Origin: Cyanobacteriota bacterium | Lineage (GTDB): Bacteria > Cyanobacteriota > Cyanobacteriia > PCC-6307 > Cyanobiaceae | Length of the DNA: 64,000 bases | NCBI GenBank assembly: GCA_046052125.1 | Contig: JBJOMY010000006.1 | Location: 1 to 64,000 of the forward strand | Reading direction: 5' to 3' | In this document: in pieces, positions 19,697 to 29,742 of the stretch | How the letters are laid out: each line of letters starts with the position of its first letter | How positions within the stretch are numbered: the stretch's first letter is position 1 | Translations under genes and position numbers: made by a program | Notes under the pieces: generated by a model | Seen by the model: the letters and a program-made list of their open reading frames with translations, nothing else | Database searches by the model: none | What the model was told of the DNA's origin: nothing

Positions 19697-20365
19697 GTGA
19701 TCGCCCTCTTGAGGAGCTGCTGCTTGGCAGCGATGGTGCTGCTGATCAGCGCAGCACCCGCCCTGGCGGGCAGCTCAAGCGACCTGCTGGAACAGCGCAT
19801 CGACACCTGGCCGGCCTGGAGCCTGCCGGCACCCCTGCCACGCCCTGGCCAGAAGGATCTCATCTACCCCGCCTGGTTTGCCGGCAGCTGGCAGGCCACC
19901 AACCACGACCCCAGCGGCAACGAGCCCGACCTCCACTACACCGTACGCTTCAACACCGACCCCAAGGGCCAGGTGGTGGGGGATCGGGCGTACAACGCCA
20001 GCGCCATCGGCCGGGCTCTCCTGGGGCCGCAACTGCTGGAGGTGCGCAATGACCCGCGCAATCCCAATCGGCAGCTGGCTGAACTGCGCGATGACCAGCA
20101 GCTGGAGTCCACCGTGGTGGGACGGCGCAGCAGCCAGGTCAGCGAGGGGGAGTTCCTGGCGGATGAACTGGCCCTGCAGGTGCTGCACGGCCCTGGCGAT
20201 CCACGGGTGAGCCGGGTGGAAACACTGAGCCGCTATCGGCTGGTGGAGCCAGATCGCATCGAAGCTGAGCAGTGGCAAGTGAGCTACGGCTCACCGGCCC
20301 AGGGGCTGGCCGCCAAGGCCCAGCGCAGCTGGCAGGGACTGCTCGTGCTGACGCGCCTGGATTAG
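19697..20365 (+). CDS. Conserved exported protein (DUF6816-like); start inferred
   Basis: Signal peptide; DLIYPAWFAGSW, VGDRAYNA, DPRNPNRQ, RVETL. Confidence 0.7.
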   Translation: MIALLRSCCLAAMVLLISAAPALAGSSSDLLEQRIDTWPAWSLPAPLPRPGQKDLIYPAWFAGSWQATNHDPSGNEPDLHYTVRFNTDPKGQVVGDRAYNASAIGRALLGPQLLEVRNDPRNPNRQLAELRDDQQLESTVVGRRSSQVSEGEFLADELALQVLHGPGDPRVSRVETLSRYRLVEPDRIEAEQWQVSYGSPAQGLAAKAQRSWQGLLVLTRLD

Positions 20366-21072
20366 GGGCGCCCCACCTGAGCGCCAATGCGATCACGCCA
20401 GGCCCACAGCGGTGCCAACTGGGGATCATCCGCGAGCCCAGGCACGCCACGGCCGGCCAGGGGCGCGCCTGCACTGGAGGGGAACACCACCAAGGAGAGC
20501 TGGGCCACCACCGCTAGATCCGCCAGGCTCAAGCGATCACCCACCAAATAAGGCTGCTGCTGTACGAGTGCACACAGCTGATGGAGGTTGGAGCGCAGCT
20601 GCTCCATGCCGCCGTGATCGATCACCTGACCGAGACCGCTGAGCACACCGCCGGGCAAGGCCCCCACGAGGCTGCGCAGGGGGGCGGGGGTGGCATCGGG
20701 GAGCAAGCCACCGCGCAGCACTGGATCCGCGGCCGCCGCCTGCACCAGTGCCAGACGTGCTCCGGATGCCAGCGCCGTATCAGCCCAATCCTCAAGCAGC
20801 AGCACCTGCGCCCTCTGGACCGGATCGGCCGGCAGCAGGGCGGGATCCGGTTGCTTCGCCTCCAAATAAAGAGCGATCGCGCTGGAATCGGCGATCACCT
20901 CGGATCCATCCACCAGCACGGGCACCTGCCGCTGCCCCGAGAGGCGCACCAACTCCAGCTGGCCCAGCCCAGGGTTCACCTCCACCACGCTGTAGGCGAG
21001 CCCCTTGGCCGCCAGCACCAAACGCACCTTCTCGCAGAAGGCGGAGTGGCGGAACTGATGGAGCTCCAGCAT
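20362..21072 (-). CDS. Glutathione S-transferase family protein
   Basis: SAFCEKVRL, SGQRQVPVL, DSSAIALYLE, SLADLAV. Confidence 0.9.
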   Translation of the reverse strand: MLELHQFRHSAFCEKVRLVLAAKGLAYSVVEVNPGLGQLELVRLSGQRQVPVLVDGSEVIADSSAIALYLEAKQPDPALLPADPVQRAQVLLLEDWADTALASGARLALVQAAAADPVLRGGLLPDATPAPLRSLVGALPGGVLSGLGQVIDHGGMEQLRSNLHQLCALVQQQPYLVGDRLSLADLAVVAQLSLVVFPSSAGAPLAGRGVPGLADDPQLAPLWAWRDRIGAQVGRP

Positions 21073-21127
21073 CGGACCCTTTTCGCGGCAGAGTAGCCAG
21101 CACTCAACGGCCACTGACCCTGCACCA

Positions 21128-21334
21128 ATGCGGGATTTCTTTCTCAACGTCACTCGCTATCCGCGCTATCTGATCGCCTTCGGCTTGGGCGTTGCCAATT
21201 CCGTGCTGGAACCCCTGGCCCAGCGGCGCAGCAACCCGGTCACCGCCGTGGCCCTGATCGGTGCACTCGTGAGCGGAATGCTGAGCCTGGGCCTGATCCT
21301 GCGTGCCATGGTGAGCACAGATGTGATCGCCTAG
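21128..21334 (+). CDS. DUF751 small membrane protein
   Basis: [13 protein letters not shown], preceding rbfA. Confidence 0.85.
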   Translation: MRDFFLNVTRYPRYLIAFGLGVANSVLEPLAQRRSNPVTAVALIGALVSGMLSLGLILRAMVSTDVIA

Positions 21335-21336
21335 GC

Positions 21337-21747
21337 ATGGCGCAGAGCAGGCGGGTTGAGCGGGTGGCGGCCTCGATCCGCCGTGAGGTGAGTGAGCTTC
21401 TGGTCAACGGGATCAAGGACGATCGCGTCAGCCTGGGGATGGTGAGCGTGACCAACGTGGAAGTGGCTGGCGATCTACAGCACTGCAAGATCTTTGTGAG
21501 CGTGTACGGCACGCCTGAGGTGCAGCAACAAGCGTTGGCAGGCCTGCGCTCGGCTGCGTCTTACGTGAAGGGTGAATTGAGCCGGCGCCTCAATATGCGC
21601 CGCACACCAGAAGTGATCTTCCACTTGGATCGCGGCATCGAGAAAGGCACATCGGTGCTTGGGTTGCTGAATCAGCTGGAACAACAGCGGCAGGAGCGCG
21701 GCGAGGTGCCAGAGGGCACAGGCCAGCTGGACGATGCCCTCGAGTGA
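21337..21747 (+). CDS. rbfA: Ribosome-binding factor A
   Basis: [30 protein letters not shown]. Confidence 0.95.
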   Translation: MAQSRRVERVAASIRREVSELLVNGIKDDRVSLGMVSVTNVEVAGDLQHCKIFVSVYGTPEVQQQALAGLRSAASYVKGELSRRLNMRRTPEVIFHLDRGIEKGTSVLGLLNQLEQQRQERGEVPEGTGQLDDALE

Positions 21748-23347
21748 ACTGCGGCGTCTGATCGCCCGGCTGCTGGTGGTGCGCGGCAGCGGCCATGCCC
21801 GCGACAGCCAGCGCCGCTATCCCCGCTGGGAACTGACCAACGCCGAGCTGCGCTGCTTGCTGGAGGCCGGTGTGGGCGGCGTGATCCTGCTGGGGGGGAG
21901 TGCCGAAGAGCTGCGGCTGCGCTGCAGCCAGCTGCAGACCTGGACCTCTGAGCCCCTGCTGCTCTGCGCCGATGTGGAAGAAGGCGTGGGCCAGCGCTTT
22001 GAAGGAGCGAGCTGGCTGGTGCCGCCCCTGGCGATCGGCCGCCTGTATGGGCGCGACCCCCAGCGGGCCGAGCAACTGGCGCAGCAGTACGGGCGCTGCA
22101 CCGGCCGCCAGGCCAGACACCTGGGCCTCAACTGGGTGCTCGGCCCCGTTTGCGATGTGAACAACAACCCCGCCAACCCGGTGATCAACGTGCGGGCCTG
22201 GGGTGAACACCCCGCCACCGCCGGAGCATTGGCGGCGGCTTTTGTGCGCGGCTGCCAGGACGAAGGGGTGCTGGCCTGTGCCAAGCACTTCCCCGGCCAT
22301 GGCGACACCAGCAGCGATTCCCACCTGGAACTCCCGCAGATCCCCCACAACCGCACCCGCCTGGACGCGGTGGAATTGCCTCCGTTCAAGGCAGCGATTG
22401 CCGCAGATGTGGCCTCGGTGATGACGGCCCACCTGCAGCTGCCGGCCATGGATGCAGCAAGGCCGGCCACGCTCTCGCCGGCGGTGCTCACCGATCTCCT
22501 GCGCCGCGATCTGGGCTTCGCCGGGCTGGTGGTGACCGATGCCTTGGTGATGGAGGCCATCACCAACCACTACGGCGCCGGCGAAGCGGCGGTGCTCGCC
22601 TTCGAAGCCGGAGCGGATCTGATCCTGATGCCGGCTGATGCCGAGGCAGCGCTCGATGGCCTGGAGCAGGCGGTGCTGAGCGGGCGGATCAGCCGGGCGC
22701 GCCTGCAGGAGAGCCTCGATCGGCGGGAACACGCGCTGCAACGCTGCACCCCGAGCCGCAACGCCCCGCTGGATGCGGTGGTGGCTGAGCTGAGCACGCT
22801 GGTGACCCCAGAGGATCTTCAACTCGCGGCCGAGCTCGTAAGCCTCAGCCTCGAGCAACAGGGCGAAGGCTGCCTGCCGGACGGCCCGGGGCTCAATCTG
22901 ATCCGCGTGGATACGCAACTGAATACGCCCCAGCTACCCGCCATGGCACCGGCGCTGCTGCGCCCGGCCGCACAGGGCTACCGGGCCCTGGTGCTCGACG
23001 GCCGTAGCCCAAGTCCCTGGTGCGATAACCGAGAATCTCCGCTGGCGCTGGATCGCCTGCCCCCCGGGCCGGTGCTCCTGCAGTTGCTGGTGCGCGGCAA
23101 TCCGTTTCGCGGCAGCGCCGGTGGCGATGAGCCCTGGCCCCAGGTGGTGCGCCAGCTGTTGTCGGTGGGGCGACTGGCGGGTCTTGCGGTGTACGGCAGC
23201 CCCTACCTGTGGGAGCAGCTCAGGGTGCTGCTGCCGCCCGATCTCCCAGCCGCCTACAGCCCAGGCCAAATGCCTCAGGCCCAGGCCCTCTTGCTCTCTG
23301 CGCTGGGACTCGAGGCCGCCGCCCTCGAAGGTGGCTTCACCGATTAA
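21734..23347 (+). CDS. GH3 beta-N-acetylhexosaminidase (NagZ-like)
   Basis: [33 protein letters not shown]. Confidence 0.9.
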   Translation: MPSSELRRLIARLLVVRGSGHARDSQRRYPRWELTNAELRCLLEAGVGGVILLGGSAEELRLRCSQLQTWTSEPLLLCADVEEGVGQRFEGASWLVPPLAIGRLYGRDPQRAEQLAQQYGRCTGRQARHLGLNWVLGPVCDVNNNPANPVINVRAWGEHPATAGALAAAFVRGCQDEGVLACAKHFPGHGDTSSDSHLELPQIPHNRTRLDAVELPPFKAAIAADVASVMTAHLQLPAMDAARPATLSPAVLTDLLRRDLGFAGLVVTDALVMEAITNHYGAGEAAVLAFEAGADLILMPADAEAALDGLEQAVLSGRISRARLQESLDRREHALQRCTPSRNAPLDAVVAELSTLVTPEDLQLAAELVSLSLEQQGEGCLPDGPGLNLIRVDTQLNTPQLPAMAPALLRPAAQGYRALVLDGRSPSPWCDNRESPLALDRLPPGPVLLQLLVRGNPFRGSAGGDEPWPQVVRQLLSVGRLAGLAVYGSPYLWEQLRVLLPPDLPAAYSPGQMPQAQALLLSALGLEAAALEGGFTD

Positions 23348-23404
23348 CGGTGCTCTCGCGCCACTGCACCTAGCCTCAGCCGGCCTGCCGCCGCGGCCCA
23401 GCCC

Positions 23405-24598
23405 ATGCTCAGCCTCTCGATGATCGTTCGCGATGAAGCGGCGCAGATCGAGGACTGCCTGCGCTCAGTGCAGGGCTTCGTGGACGAGATGGTGGTGGTG
23501 GACACCGGCTCGATCGACAACACCATCGCCCTGGCCGAGGGGATGGGGGCACGGGTCGAGCAGATCCCCTGGCCGGGCGACTTCGCACCGGCTCGCAACC
23601 AGGCACTGGAGTTTCTCAGCGGTGATTGGGTGCTGGTGCTCGACGCCGATGAGCGGCTGCGGCCAGAGGCTGTGGCTCCACTACGGGCGCTGATGGCACA
23701 GCCCGATGTGCTGCTGATCAACCTGCTGCGCCATGAACGGGGCGCCGTGCAATCGCCGTACTCGAACGTGAGCCGATTGTTCCGCCGCCATCCGGCGATC
23801 CGCTGGAGCCGGGCCTACCACTCGATGGTGGACGACAGCGTGGCGGAGCTGCTGCGGCAGGAACCCCACTGGCGCATCGCTGATTGCTCCGAACCGGCCC
23901 TGATCCACGACGGCTACCGCCCAGAGCTGTTGGCCCAGGGCAATAAGCCTCAGCGACTGCGCGAAGCGATGGAAGCGGAGCTGAAGCAACGGCCCGGCAA
24001 TCCCTATGCCTGCGCCAAGCTCGGCAGCCTGGATGTGGCCGAAGGCCATCTCGAGCGCGGGCTGACGTTGCTGCGCGAAGGGCTCTCGCAGTGCCCCGCC
24101 GATGCACACCCCGAGCGTTACGAGCTACTGCTGCATCTGGCCTTGGCGGAAGCCAGCCGCAATCCTGATGCCGCCCTGGAGCTTTACCGCCAGGCGCTGA
24201 ACATCCCTCTGGCGCCGAGGCTCACCCTGGCGGCACGACTCAATCTGGCAGCGCTGCTGTTGCAACAGGGCCAAGCCCAGGAAGCGGAACAGCTCTGCCA
24301 AAGAGCCACAGCCGCAGCGCCGGAGATCGGACTGAGCTGGTACAACCTCGGCCTCACCCGCCGGCGCCTCGGCGACATCGCAGGAGCGCTGGAGGCCTAC
24401 CGGGAAGCGCGGCGGCTCACCCCGGATCACGCTGAAACCCATCAGAACCTGGCGGTAGCGCTGCTACTGGGTGGCGACATCGACGGCGCCCGCAGCAGCT
24501 TCCGCCAAGCGATCCAGCTGCTCAGCCAACAGGGCCGCAGCCCGGAGGCCGAACGGCTGCGCCAGCAGGCTGGGGCGATGGTGAAACTAGAGGGCTGA
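23405..24598 (+). CDS. GT2 glycosyltransferase with C-terminal TPR repeats
   Basis: SMIVRDE, VDTGS.D, ARNQAL, LDADE; TPR motifs (WYNLG, HQNLA). Confidence 0.9.
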   Translation: MLSLSMIVRDEAAQIEDCLRSVQGFVDEMVVVDTGSIDNTIALAEGMGARVEQIPWPGDFAPARNQALEFLSGDWVLVLDADERLRPEAVAPLRALMAQPDVLLINLLRHERGAVQSPYSNVSRLFRRHPAIRWSRAYHSMVDDSVAELLRQEPHWRIADCSEPALIHDGYRPELLAQGNKPQRLREAMEAELKQRPGNPYACAKLGSLDVAEGHLERGLTLLREGLSQCPADAHPERYELLLHLALAEASRNPDAALELYRQALNIPLAPRLTLAARLNLAALLLQQGQAQEAEQLCQRATAAAPEIGLSWYNLGLTRRRLGDIAGALEAYREARRLTPDHAETHQNLAVALLLGGDIDGARSSFRQAIQLLSQQGRSPEAERLRQQAGAMVKLEG

Positions 24599-24603
24599 TC
24601 GGC

Positions 24604-25434
24604 GTGATCGAATCCACCACCGCCGCGCCAGCGCTGCCCCTTCAGGGCCGAACGATTGCCGTGACACGAGCTGAACAGCAGCTGGGGGTGACCAGGAGGC
24701 TGTTTGAGCAAGCCGGCGCCACGGTGCTGGATCTACCGGCCCTGGTGATCGGTCCACCGGATGAGTGGGGCCCCCTGGATGACGCCCTGGCCGAACTCGA
24801 AGACTTCCACTGGATTGTGCTCTCCAGCAGCAACGGGGTGGATGCCGTGGAGGAGCGGTTGCAGCGCCAGGGAGGCAGCTTGGCCGGGCGGCCCTGCAGC
24901 CTCAAGATCGCGGCGGTCGGCCGCAAGACAGCCGCACGGCTGGAAGCCCTGGGCGCACCGGCGGATTTCGTGCCACCGCAGTTTGTGGCCGACAGCCTGA
25001 TCGATCACTTCCCCGTGTCGGGCTGGGGGCTGCGGCTCCTGCTGCCGCGGGTGCAGAGCGGCGGCCGAACCGTGCTGGCAGAAGCTTTCGGCGAAGCAGG
25101 TGCTCGGGTGGTGGAGGTGGCGGCCTATGAATCCCGCTGTCCAGACAGCCTGCCTGCCGCCACCGCCGCGGCCCTGGCAGAGGGCTCGGTGGATGCCATC
25201 ACCTTCAGCAGCGGCAAAACCGTGCAACACACCGCTCAGCTGCTCGAGCAGCAGTTCGGCGCCAGCTGGCAGGAGCCGTTGCAAGGCTTGGCGCTGGTAT
25301 CGATCGGGCCGCAAACCAGCCACACCTGCCAAGCGTTGCTGGGCCGAGTCGACGCCGAAGCCAACCCCCATGACCTCGACGGGCTCGTGGCGGCCTGCGC
25401 CAAAGCGCTGGCCAGCCGAGCGATCAGAGGCTGA
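24604..25434 (+). CDS. hemD: Uroporphyrinogen-III synthase
   Basis: AVTRA, SSSNGV, AAVGRKTA, FSSGKTV, SIGPQTS. Confidence 0.92.
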   Translation: MIESTTAAPALPLQGRTIAVTRAEQQLGVTRRLFEQAGATVLDLPALVIGPPDEWGPLDDALAELEDFHWIVLSSSNGVDAVEERLQRQGGSLAGRPCSLKIAAVGRKTAARLEALGAPADFVPPQFVADSLIDHFPVSGWGLRLLLPRVQSGGRTVLAEAFGEAGARVVEVAAYESRCPDSLPAATAAALAEGSVDAITFSSGKTVQHTAQLLEQQFGASWQEPLQGLALVSIGPQTSHTCQALLGRVDAEANPHDLDGLVAACAKALASRAIRG

Positions 25435-25957
25435 ACACCCGCCGCTGGCCGGCCTGGTTGAGCACGAGGCGGCCGCTGGCCACATCGATGCTGGTGACGC
25501 TCCAGTCCGATGGCAGCAAGGCAGGCAAACCCGATCCGGGGCAGACGCCACGGCGGCCAACGCAAACAGCGCCGCTCTGCTCTCCTACTTGCACGAGGGC
25601 CTGAGCCTGGCCGGCACTACGGATCACGCCCGTGAAACGCAGATCACCGGCCGGTGCCGCTCCGGCCTTAGAGCCTGGCTGGGGCAAGGGCGCAAAAGGA
25701 TCCACGCGGCCGGTGGGCAGCGCTGCCACCACCTGCTGTGGCGTAGGCAAGGGCGTGAAGCCTGCCGTGGGCTGCGGTGCGCTGGTGGGTACGCCCGCAG
25801 CGGCCGCTGGCTTGGGCGGTGCTGGGGGCAGGCTGATGGTCTCGGGATCCGAGGACGAACCGCACCCCGCCACCGCTGGCACCAACAACGCGACCACCGC
25901 CAGAGCCGAGCTCAACCGCGGCCAGTACCGTCCTGTTTCAGACCTGCTGCTCGCCAT
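25424..25957 (-). CDS. Hypothetical Pro-rich lipoprotein
   Basis: Hydrophobic stretch ending VAG-C lipobox, Pro/Ala linker, GRVDPFAP, beta-rich C-terminus. Confidence 0.7.
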   Translation of the reverse strand: MASSRSETGRYWPRLSSALAVVALLVPAVAGCGSSSDPETISLPPAPPKPAAAAGVPTSAPQPTAGFTPLPTPQQVVAALPTGRVDPFAPLPQPGSKAGAAPAGDLRFTGVIRSAGQAQALVQVGEQSGAVCVGRRGVCPGSGLPALLPSDWSVTSIDVASGRLVLNQAGQRRVFSL

Positions 25958-26393
25958 ACCCGCTCTGAACGAGATCGCGGAAGCGGTCCAGGTTGGCCTG
26001 GAGCTCCTTGGTCACGATCCCCCCCAGGATGGAGGGTTCCATCAGCGGTGCCAACACCCCCGGCAGCTCGTAGCTCACCGTGAGCTTCACGGCGGTGAGC
26101 TCAGGGCCCTGGGGATAGAAGCGCACGGCGCCTTTTGTTGGCAGGCCGCCCACGGATTCCCAATGCAGCTGCTGGGCCTCCACCCGCTGGGTGATGCGGG
26201 CCTTCCAGTGGAAGCGAAAGCCCTGGGCGGCCAGGGTCCAATCGGTGAGGTCGGGGTCGCCGGGTTCGGTCACCACCGATTCGATCCAGTTCATCCAGCG
26301 GGGCATGGCCTCGAGATCGCTCCACACCGCCCACACCCGCTCGGCCGAGGCCTTCACCTCCGTGGTGACGCTGTGTTCAAGCCAACGGCCCAT
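25938..26393 (-). CDS. SRPBCC/polyketide cyclase (START-like) protein
   Basis: VW..WSDLEAMPRWM, WES..GL...GAVRF, ANLDRF; directly downstream of crtQ. Confidence 0.88.
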   Translation of the reverse strand: MGRWLEHSVTTEVKASAERVWAVWSDLEAMPRWMNWIESVVTEPGDPDLTDWTLAAQGFRFHWKARITQRVEAQQLHWESVGGLPTKGAVRFYPQGPELTAVKLTVSYELPGVLAPLMEPSILGGIVTKELQANLDRFRDLVQSGYGEQQV

Positions 26394-26429
26394 GGGAATC
26401 AAGCGAGGGGGGTGATCCGGCTGGTGTGA

Positions 26430-27923
26430 TCAGGCAACAGCCGCATTGGTGGCCAGCTCGGCCTTCCGACCCAGGATGGCGGCGGCGGCCAGTCGTCCAC
26501 TCATGGTGGCGCCTTCCATCGAATCGATGTAGTCCTGCTTGGTGTAGCTGCCAGCCAGGAAGAAGTTGCCCACAGGCGTGGCCTGATCCGGGCGATAGGG
26601 CTCCATGCCCGGTGCTTCGCGGTAGAGCGACTGGGCCAACTTCACCACGTTGCTCCACACGAGCTTCAGGTTGCGAGCCGAGGGGAAGAGGCGCCGCACC
26701 TGCTCATCGGTGGCCGCAACGATCTCTTCGGTTTTCTTGGGAATCCAAGGATCACCGGGGGTGAGCACGCACTGCAGCAGCGAGCCCACGCCTTCCTTGC
26801 GGTAGTCCACCGGGCTGGCCAGGGCCAGGTCGGCGAAGCAGCTGAAGTCGGCGTCAGCGGTGTAGAGGAGGTTGTCGAGGCCGGCGGGGCGCTCCAGATC
26901 TCGGCGGGCGGCTTCTTCAAGGGCACCATCACCGAGTTCGGTGACCCAGCCGTCGTAGCGCAGCTGCACGGTGGCCACCGGCACGGCCTCGAGCTTGTAG
27001 AGGTTGTCGAACAGGGGCCAGCGGCGCCAGGCCTCGGGCACCATCCGCTGGATGCCGGGCACATCACAGGCCGCCAGGTAGGCATCGGCCTTCACCTCGA
27101 GTTCGCCATCGGGGGTACCGAGCTTGAGAGCACTCACCTGAGTGGAGGGCTGGCCATCGGCACCCGCTGCACCTTCTTCAAACACCACCTCGGTCACCCG
27201 GTGCCGCAGGTGAAGCTTGCCGCCGCGCTCCTGGATGTAATCGAGGATCGGGCCGGTGAGCCAGCGGTGCGGAGATCCCTTGAGCAGATTGAGCTTGGAG
27301 GCTTCGGTTTTCGCCGCGAACATCATGAAGATGGTGAGCATGCAGCGGGCCGAGATCGCCTCGCAGTCGATGAAGCCGAGGGCATAGGCAATCGGATTCC
27401 ACATCCGCTTGATGCTCTGCTCACTGCCGCCGTGGCCGAGGAACCACTGCTGGAAGCTGATGCGATCAAGATCGCGGATCACCTTCATCGCCCCCTCGTA
27501 ATCCACCAGGCCACGCACGATCGGGCTGGTGCCCAGCGCCAGGGCGTTGCGCAGCTTGTCGAGCCAGTCGAGCTGGGGGGTGGTGAAGAAGGCCTTGAGA
27601 CCGTTGAAAGGGGCGCCCAGGGCAAAGCGGAAATCCAGCTCGCGCAGGTCGCCGCCGGCGTTCACAAAGAGATGGGTGTGGTCTTTAGGGAGCAGGTTGT
27701 CGATCGCCCCCACCTTGCGCAGCAGGGCGAAGAGGTTGGCGTAGTTGAAGAAGAACACGTGCAACCCCATCTCAATGTGGTTGCCGCCTTCATCCACCCA
27801 GCTGCCCACCTTGCCGCCCATGAACGGCCGGGCCTCATAGAGATCCACCTGATGGCCGTCATCCACCAGATCCACGGCAGCCGCAAGACCCGCCAATCCC
27901 GAACCCACGATGGCGACGCGCAC
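26430..27923 (-). CDS. crtQ: Zeta-carotene desaturase
   Basis: [31 protein letters not shown]. Confidence 0.93.
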   Translation of the reverse strand: MRVAIVGSGLAGLAAAVDLVDDGHQVDLYEARPFMGGKVGSWVDEGGNHIEMGLHVFFFNYANLFALLRKVGAIDNLLPKDHTHLFVNAGGDLRELDFRFALGAPFNGLKAFFTTPQLDWLDKLRNALALGTSPIVRGLVDYEGAMKVIRDLDRISFQQWFLGHGGSEQSIKRMWNPIAYALGFIDCEAISARCMLTIFMMFAAKTEASKLNLLKGSPHRWLTGPILDYIQERGGKLHLRHRVTEVVFEEGAAGADGQPSTQVSALKLGTPDGELEVKADAYLAACDVPGIQRMVPEAWRRWPLFDNLYKLEAVPVATVQLRYDGWVTELGDGALEEAARRDLERPAGLDNLLYTADADFSCFADLALASPVDYRKEGVGSLLQCVLTPGDPWIPKKTEEIVAATDEQVRRLFPSARNLKLVWSNVVKLAQSLYREAPGMEPYRPDQATPVGNFFLAGSYTKQDYIDSMEGATMSGRLAAAAILGRKAELATNAAVA

Positions 27924-28027
27924 CTGCTGCTCCCACTGAATGGGCACGACTCTATGGAGACGCCCATCACGGCGGCAGGTGTGGGTTGCGCTCCATACGA
28001 TGGTGCGATCAGGCCAGGGCTTTCCGT

Positions 28028-28444
28028 ATGACCAGCGATACCGCCACAGCCACGTCCACAGCCGAACCCGCGCAGGCCACCCACACCGGCCGCGACGGCA
28101 AGGGCATCCTGATCACCGAATCGGCCATGAAACAGCTGGCCACGTTGATCCCCGCCCAGGGTGAAGGGAAGGTGTTGCGGGTGGGTGTGCGCTCTGGCGG
28201 CTGCAGCGGCATGAGCTACACGATGGATTTCATCGATGCCTCCGAGATCCAGGGCGACGATGAGCGCTACATCTACGAACCGGCCGGCGCCCCCAGCTTC
28301 ACGGTGGTGAGCGATCCCAAGAGTTTGCTCTACATCTATGGAATGCAGCTCGATTTCTCCAGCGCCCTGATCGGCGGCGGTTTCAACTTCACCAACCCCA
28401 ACGCCACCCAGACCTGCGGCTGCGGCAGCTCGTTTGCGGTGTGA
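28028..28444 (+). CDS. iscA: HesB/IscA Fe-S cluster assembly accessory protein
   Basis: GGCSGMSY and [14 protein letters not shown]. Confidence 0.9.
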   Translation: MTSDTATATSTAEPAQATHTGRDGKGILITESAMKQLATLIPAQGEGKVLRVGVRSGGCSGMSYTMDFIDASEIQGDDERYIYEPAGAPSFTVVSDPKSLLYIYGMQLDFSSALIGGGFNFTNPNATQTCGCGSSFAV

Positions 28445-28447
28445 GCG

Positions 28448-28864
28448 ATGGCGCCCCCACAGGCACAGCTGCAGGGCCTGCCCCTGATCCGTACCGACGC
28501 CGTTCCCGAGGACGTTGATCTAATCGTGCTCTTTGGCTCCCGGGCCAAAGGCACACACACCCCAGCCAGCGACTGGGATCTGGGGATCACATTCCGCCAG
28601 AAGTCCGATCAACCGCTGCGCCTGTTCGAGCTGGATGCACTGCTCTCCCCCCTAGTGGGCTGCTCCAGCGACTCCATCGATCTGGTGGATCTCGAGCACA
28701 GCACCTACCTGCTGCAGCGGGTGGTGACCGAGGAGGGTCGCCTGCTGTTTGAACGCAGGCCGGGGCTTTTTGTCAGCTTCTGCTCCCGAGCGATCCGCCA
28801 ATGGGCCGACTGGTGCCGGCGCGAGCAGAAGCTCACCCGCGAGCGGGAGCTCACCCACGCATGA
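28448..28864 (+). CDS. MNT minimal nucleotidyltransferase antitoxin (MntA-like)
   Basis: LFGSRAKGTHTPASDWDL = GS-x10-DxD; IDLVDL; ATGA overlap with the next gene. Confidence 0.88.
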   Translation: MAPPQAQLQGLPLIRTDAVPEDVDLIVLFGSRAKGTHTPASDWDLGITFRQKSDQPLRLFELDALLSPLVGCSSDSIDLVDLEHSTYLLQRVVTEEGRLLFERRPGLFVSFCSRAIRQWADWCRREQKLTRERELTHA

Positions 28865-29286
28865 GCCCGCTTGAGCTGGCCGTGGTGCAGCGCAAGCTCA
28901 CCCACCTCAAGGAGCTCCTCGAGCTGCTGCGCGGCGAGAGCACCACGCCCCTGACCGCCTATCTGCAGGATCGGCGCCAGCAACTGCTTGTGGAGCGGCT
29001 GCTGCACCTGAGCGTGGAGGCAGCGAGCGATCTGCTCGAACATCTGTTGGTGCAGGAGCTGAACAAGAAGCCTCAGACCTACGCCGACACGTTTTTACTA
29101 GCCGGCCAAAACGGGCTGATTCCGATGGAGCTGGCGCAACGGCTGATCCCTGCCGCTGGGCTACGCAATCGCCTGGTGCACGACTACGAGGCAATCGATC
29201 CCAGCCGTGTGCACGCCGCCATGTCGGTCGCACTGCAGGATTTAACGGAACTGCAGGAAGTCCTGATCGCCCGGGTGCGAACCTGA
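28861..29286 (+). CDS. HEPN/DUF86 RNase toxin (HepT-like)
   Basis: VERLLH...E, RNRLVHDY = R-x4-H-x-Y. Confidence 0.88.
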   Translation: MSPLELAVVQRKLTHLKELLELLRGESTTPLTAYLQDRRQQLLVERLLHLSVEAASDLLEHLLVQELNKKPQTYADTFLLAGQNGLIPMELAQRLIPAAGLRNRLVHDYEAIDPSRVHAAMSVALQDLTELQEVLIARVRT

Positions 29287-29313
29287 GCACAGGACCAGGC
29301 CCGCTGCCGCACC

Positions 29314-29742
29314 ATGACCGACGCCGTCACTGAAGCTCCTTCGCTGTTTGAGCAGGCTCTGCAGCGCTACCAAGAAGGCGCACCGCTGCCGGAGGTGATC
29401 GACAGCTTTCTCACGATCACGCAGCAGGAGCCGCGGCTGTCGGCAGGCTGGACCTGCCTGGCTTGGCTGCAGCTGCTCGACAACCAGCCCCAGGCGGCGC
29501 TGCGCTCGGCCCGCAACGCCGTGAAGCTCAACCCCCAGGATCCTCAGGCCCGCATCAACCTCAGCCTGGCGATGCTCGAAACCAACGCCAAGGGCGTGCG
29601 CGAGCACATCGAGTGGGTGCTGCGGGTGCGCGTGATGGCCCCTGAGCTCGCCGAAGAGCTGGATGGCTCCATCGCCGATGGCCTGGCCCGCAGACCCGAC
29701 TGGCAGGCGCTTCAGAAGGTGCAGGCTTGGCTGAAGGGTTGA
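29314..29742 (+). CDS. TPR-like conserved cyanobacterial protein
   Basis: WTCLAWLQLL, AVKLNPQDPQARINL. Confidence 0.8.
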   Translation: MTDAVTEAPSLFEQALQRYQEGAPLPEVIDSFLTITQQEPRLSAGWTCLAWLQLLDNQPQAALRSARNAVKLNPQDPQARINLSLAMLETNAKGVREHIEWVLRVRVMAPELAEELDGSIADGLARRPDWQALQKVQAWLKG

